From Anaerolineales bacterium (GTDB lineage Bacteria > Chloroflexota > Anaerolineae > B4-G1 > SLSP01), in contig JBKHCQ010000001.1 in NCBI GenBank assembly GCA_046541755.1, positions 1-38,303 of the forward strand: a stretch of DNA of 38,303 nt. The letters run 5' to 3'. Below the pieces are notes generated by a model, which searched no databases, was not told the DNA's origin, and was given only the letters and a program-made list of their open reading frames with translations. This document shows, piece after piece, positions 36,049-38,303 of the stretch (positions within the stretch are counted from its first letter, which is position 1; the number at the start of each line of letters is the position of its first letter). The position numbers and the translations under genes were made by a program.

Positions 36049-38156
36049 GACGCTCACGTCGCACGCTTCTGCTGATGGGCGGCCTTTTGCTGATCGGCTG
36101 CGTCTTTGTCGGATGTAGCGCGCGTCCCGCGTCCCCACCTGCGATCCCGGCCACGTCGCCCTCGCCTCCTTCTCAATGGACGCTCGCCGTCCGCACCGAT
36201 GGCCCGCGCTGGTTGGGCGCTGCTTGGTGGCGCGCCCAGGGCCTCGATCCCGCGACGCTGAGCCACGAAAACGTGCGCCTCCAACAGGCCGGACGCGACA
36301 TCCCGCTCCGGTGGATCGATGCGCCGGACGGCCCCGGTCTTCTCTTCTACGGCCACACAACGGTTGATCTGGAGGATCTGGGCTTGGCAGGCGCTTATAC
36401 CCTGACCTTGGGCGCGCCGGGGACGCCGATGACCTCCGCGCCGTTGCCCTCGTTGCAATCGCCCTTCCAAGTGACGACGACTGCTGTGCTGCGCCGCGCC
36501 CCCGATCTCGTCTATCGCGCCGCCGCCCCGATGACGCGCCCGTGGTTCTGGCGCTCGCTCTTCGCGCCCGACGCGCTGACCCTCACGCTGCCCCTGACCG
36601 ACGCCGTCCCCGGCCCCGTCGCCTTGGGGCTGCGCGTCTGGGGCCAGAGCCGCGCGCCCCAAGCGCCGGATCATCACCTGCGCGTCCTCTGGGACGGCGT
36701 GGAGGTGAGCGATCACTTCTGGGATGGCTCTGAAATGGAGGCGTGGACGGTCGCAGGCGCGGATCTGACGACGGACGGCAGCGAATCGCACACCTTAGTG
36801 CTGGATGCGCCTGGCGACACCGGCGCGCCCGTCGATGTGACGTGGATCGACGCGATTACGGTCACCTGGACGCGCGATTTGCGCTTCGCCGATCATACTG
36901 GATGGGCGCAGTGGCGCGCAACCGCCGCCTCGGCGGCCTGTTGGGATGCGTTGCCCGACGACGCGCATCTCCTGATGGTGCCATCGCAATCGGAGGGCGC
37001 GGTCTGGCACGCGGAAGTAGGTGACATCGCCACCGCAGAGGCCGGGCGGCGCTGTCTTCCTCAGGAACCGCTTGGGCAGGGCTGGATTGGGCGGCCAGAG
37101 GCGGCCCCGCCTCCGGATCTCATCCGCCCGCGCGAGACGCTCAGCGTGCCCGCGCTGTTGGCGACCTCCTACTTGATCATCGCGCCCCGCGAGTTCCACG
37201 CGCCGCTGGCCCCGTTGCAGGCCGCGCGCGAGGCCGAGGGTCTGACGGTGACCCTCGTCACGCCCGCGCAGGTGTACGATACATTTAGCGAGGGCTTGCC
37301 GACCGCTCAAGGCATTCAAAAGGCCGTCGGGGTGCTGCACGACCGAGGCCAATTGCGCTACCTCCTGCTGGTGGGCGACGCTGTGGCCGATCCGCCGGCG
37401 CTCTGGCAAGCGGATCAACCGCAAGTCCCCACCCGTTGGGTGCGGACGGCGGTGATGGGCCGCACGCCCTCCGATCACGCGCTGGTTCAGGGCCTAGACG
37501 GCGAACGCGAGGGCGAGCCGTTGGTCGCCGTGGGCCGCTTCCCGGCGACAACAGCGACCGAGGTCGCGGCGATGGTGGAGAAAACGTTAGCGTGGGCGCC
37601 CCCGCCGCGTCCCTTGCTGCTTGTGGATAACGAACCCTCCTTCGCCGCGCTGGCCGACGATCTGGCGGACGTAGTGCCGGCCGATGCGCGCTTCTCCGCG
37701 TCGGAATCCGATGCGCGCACCGAGTTGTTACGCTGGCTGCGCGCAGAATCGGATAGATCGGTTATAATAACCTATTCGGGGCATGGGAGCCTGCCGATGC
37801 TGGGCGATGAGAAGTTGTTGACTCGCGAGGATGCTGGCGCGTGGCGCGCGCCGACCGTCGTCGTCGCCTGGACGTGCCTCTGCGCTAACATCACCCATCC
37901 GACGCACGCGGGGCTGGGCGAGGCGTGGCTCCGCGCGCCGGAGGGCGTGGTGGCGCTCGTCGGGCCCACGGGCGAGACGACGACCGCCGAGCAGCGCCCG
38001 ATGGCCTTAGCGTTCCGCCACGCCTGGATCGACGGCGCGCGCTTGGGCGATGCGTTGCTCCAGGGCTGGCGCGCCACCCCCTCGCGAGACGCCGAGACGA
38101 GCTTTATTTTATTGGGCGATCCCGCCCTACCGATGCAGGGACATCAAAACGAATGA
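36030..38156 (+). CDS. Peptidase C25 (gingipain/PorU-like) family cysteine peptidase, predicted lipoprotein (start GTG 36030 or GTG 36045)
   Basis: 708 aa. N-terminus RRSRRTLLLMGGLLLIGCVFVGC (lipobox-like). C-terminal half YLIIAPREF...LQAAREAEGLTVTLV...VYDTFSEG...YLLLVGDA...SDHALV...VGRFPATTATEVAAMVEKTL...IITYSGHGS...VVVAWTCLCANI follows the C25 layout, including the His (GHG) and Cys positions. Confidence 0.65.
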   Translation: MGPSSVRRSRRTLLLMGGLLLIGCVFVGCSARPASPPAIPATSPSPPSQWTLAVRTDGPRWLGAAWWRAQGLDPATLSHENVRLQQAGRDIPLRWIDAPDGPGLLFYGHTTVDLEDLGLAGAYTLTLGAPGTPMTSAPLPSLQSPFQVTTTAVLRRAPDLVYRAAAPMTRPWFWRSLFAPDALTLTLPLTDAVPGPVALGLRVWGQSRAPQAPDHHLRVLWDGVEVSDHFWDGSEMEAWTVAGADLTTDGSESHTLVLDAPGDTGAPVDVTWIDAITVTWTRDLRFADHTGWAQWRATAASAACWDALPDDAHLLMVPSQSEGAVWHAEVGDIATAEAGRRCLPQEPLGQGWIGRPEAAPPPDLIRPRETLSVPALLATSYLIIAPREFHAPLAPLQAAREAEGLTVTLVTPAQVYDTFSEGLPTAQGIQKAVGVLHDRGQLRYLLLVGDAVADPPALWQADQPQVPTRWVRTAVMGRTPSDHALVQGLDGEREGEPLVAVGRFPATTATEVAAMVEKTLAWAPPPRPLLLVDNEPSFAALADDLADVVPADARFSASESDARTELLRWLRAESDRSVIITYSGHGSLPMLGDEKLLTREDAGAWRAPTVVVAWTCLCANITHPTHAGLGEAWLRAPEGVVALVGPTGETTTAEQRPMALAFRHAWIDGARLGDALLQGWRATPSRDAETSFILLGDPALPMQGHQNE

Positions 38157-38202
38157 ACTTTTATTACACATTACGAAGTACGCAATACTTAGCGCCTCAG
38201 AT

Positions 38203-38303
38203 ATGATAAAAAAACGTTACTCCTACATAATACCCATCGCGGGTCTGGGGCTGATCGTGATCGGTGCGATCTTGATCGCTCTCTCGACGCTGCCGGATGG
38301 CGC
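38203..38303 (+). CDS. 5' fragment of an ORF with an N-terminal TM/signal anchor (MIKKRYSYIIPIAGLGLIVIGAILIALSTLPDG...); function unknown
   Basis: Hand translation from ATG 38203; open to the window end. No clear SD. Confidence 0.3.
   Translation, partial: MIKKRYSYIIPIAGLGLIVIGAILIALSTLPDG

Noticed and set aside
34507-37478. Long minus-strand ORFs (34507-35505, 35586-36011, 36054-36791, 36795-37478).
   Set aside because: They are Arg/Gly/Pro-rich shadows of the GC-rich + strand S24-fusion and C25 genes.
960-38303. Search by eye for tRNA/rRNA genes, CRISPR repeats, IS elements and integrases in all intergenic regions.
   Set aside because: No cloverleaf-compatible segment with a GTTCGAATC-like T-arm, no regularly spaced direct repeats, and no transposase- or integrase-like ORF were seen. 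A tRNAscan/Infernal run would be needed to be definitive.

Overview
The window has a conserved core and an accessory arm.

Conserved core (+ strand, about 1.1-25.4 kb): a very large transcription/translation gene array.
- Order: rpoB, then rpsL-rpsG-fusA-tuf (str), rpsJ-rplCDWB-rpsS-rplV-rpsC-rplP-rpmC-rpsQ (S10), rplNXE-rpsN-rpsH-rplFR-rpsE-rpmD-rplO-secY (spc), rpmJ-rpsM-rpsK-rpoA-rplQ (alpha), and truA-rplM-rpsI.
- All were recognised directly from the translated ORFs. Several track ORFs needed their starts trimmed to the canonical N-termini behind GGAGG-type Shine-Dalgarno sites. rpmJ (37 aa) is not in the track and was found by eye.
- Gene order is atypical. rpoB stands alone, with no rplJ/rplL upstream and no rpoC downstream. 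adk/map/infA are missing between secY and rpmJ. rpsD is missing between rpsK and rpoA. A 341-nt structured spacer splits rpsJ from rplC.
- At the left edge, a divergent partial minus-strand gene that is also absent from the track encodes a YacP/Rae1-like NYN-domain protein with a repeat-bearing tail.

Accessory arm (25.5-38.3 kb), visibly more GC-rich than the ribosomal block:
1. A YabN-like tetrapyrrole-methylase/MazG fusion.
2. A tightly coupled minus-strand block, which is the best candidate for an undescribed system. In transcription order it encodes a membrane-anchored zinc-ribbon protein, an RRE(PqqD-like)-radical SAM-SPASM enzyme, a paralogous pseudo-radical-SAM protein that has lost the Cys motifs, a 630-aa DUF2207-like polytopic membrane protein ending in GCACACAGCACACACAGGGR, a class I SAM methyltransferase, and then a WCPPC thioredoxin.
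3. A low-GC MNT/HepT toxin-antitoxin islet.
4. An S24/S26-type serine-peptidase domain fused to a Pro/Thr-rich surface protein with a C-terminal sorting-signal-like anchor, followed by a C25 (gingipain/PorU-like) lipoprotein cysteine peptidase.

No rRNA, tRNA, CRISPR array or transposase was recognised. The gene order and SD usage suggest a Chloroflexota/Firmicutes-like monoderm lineage, but that is only a guess without a database search.
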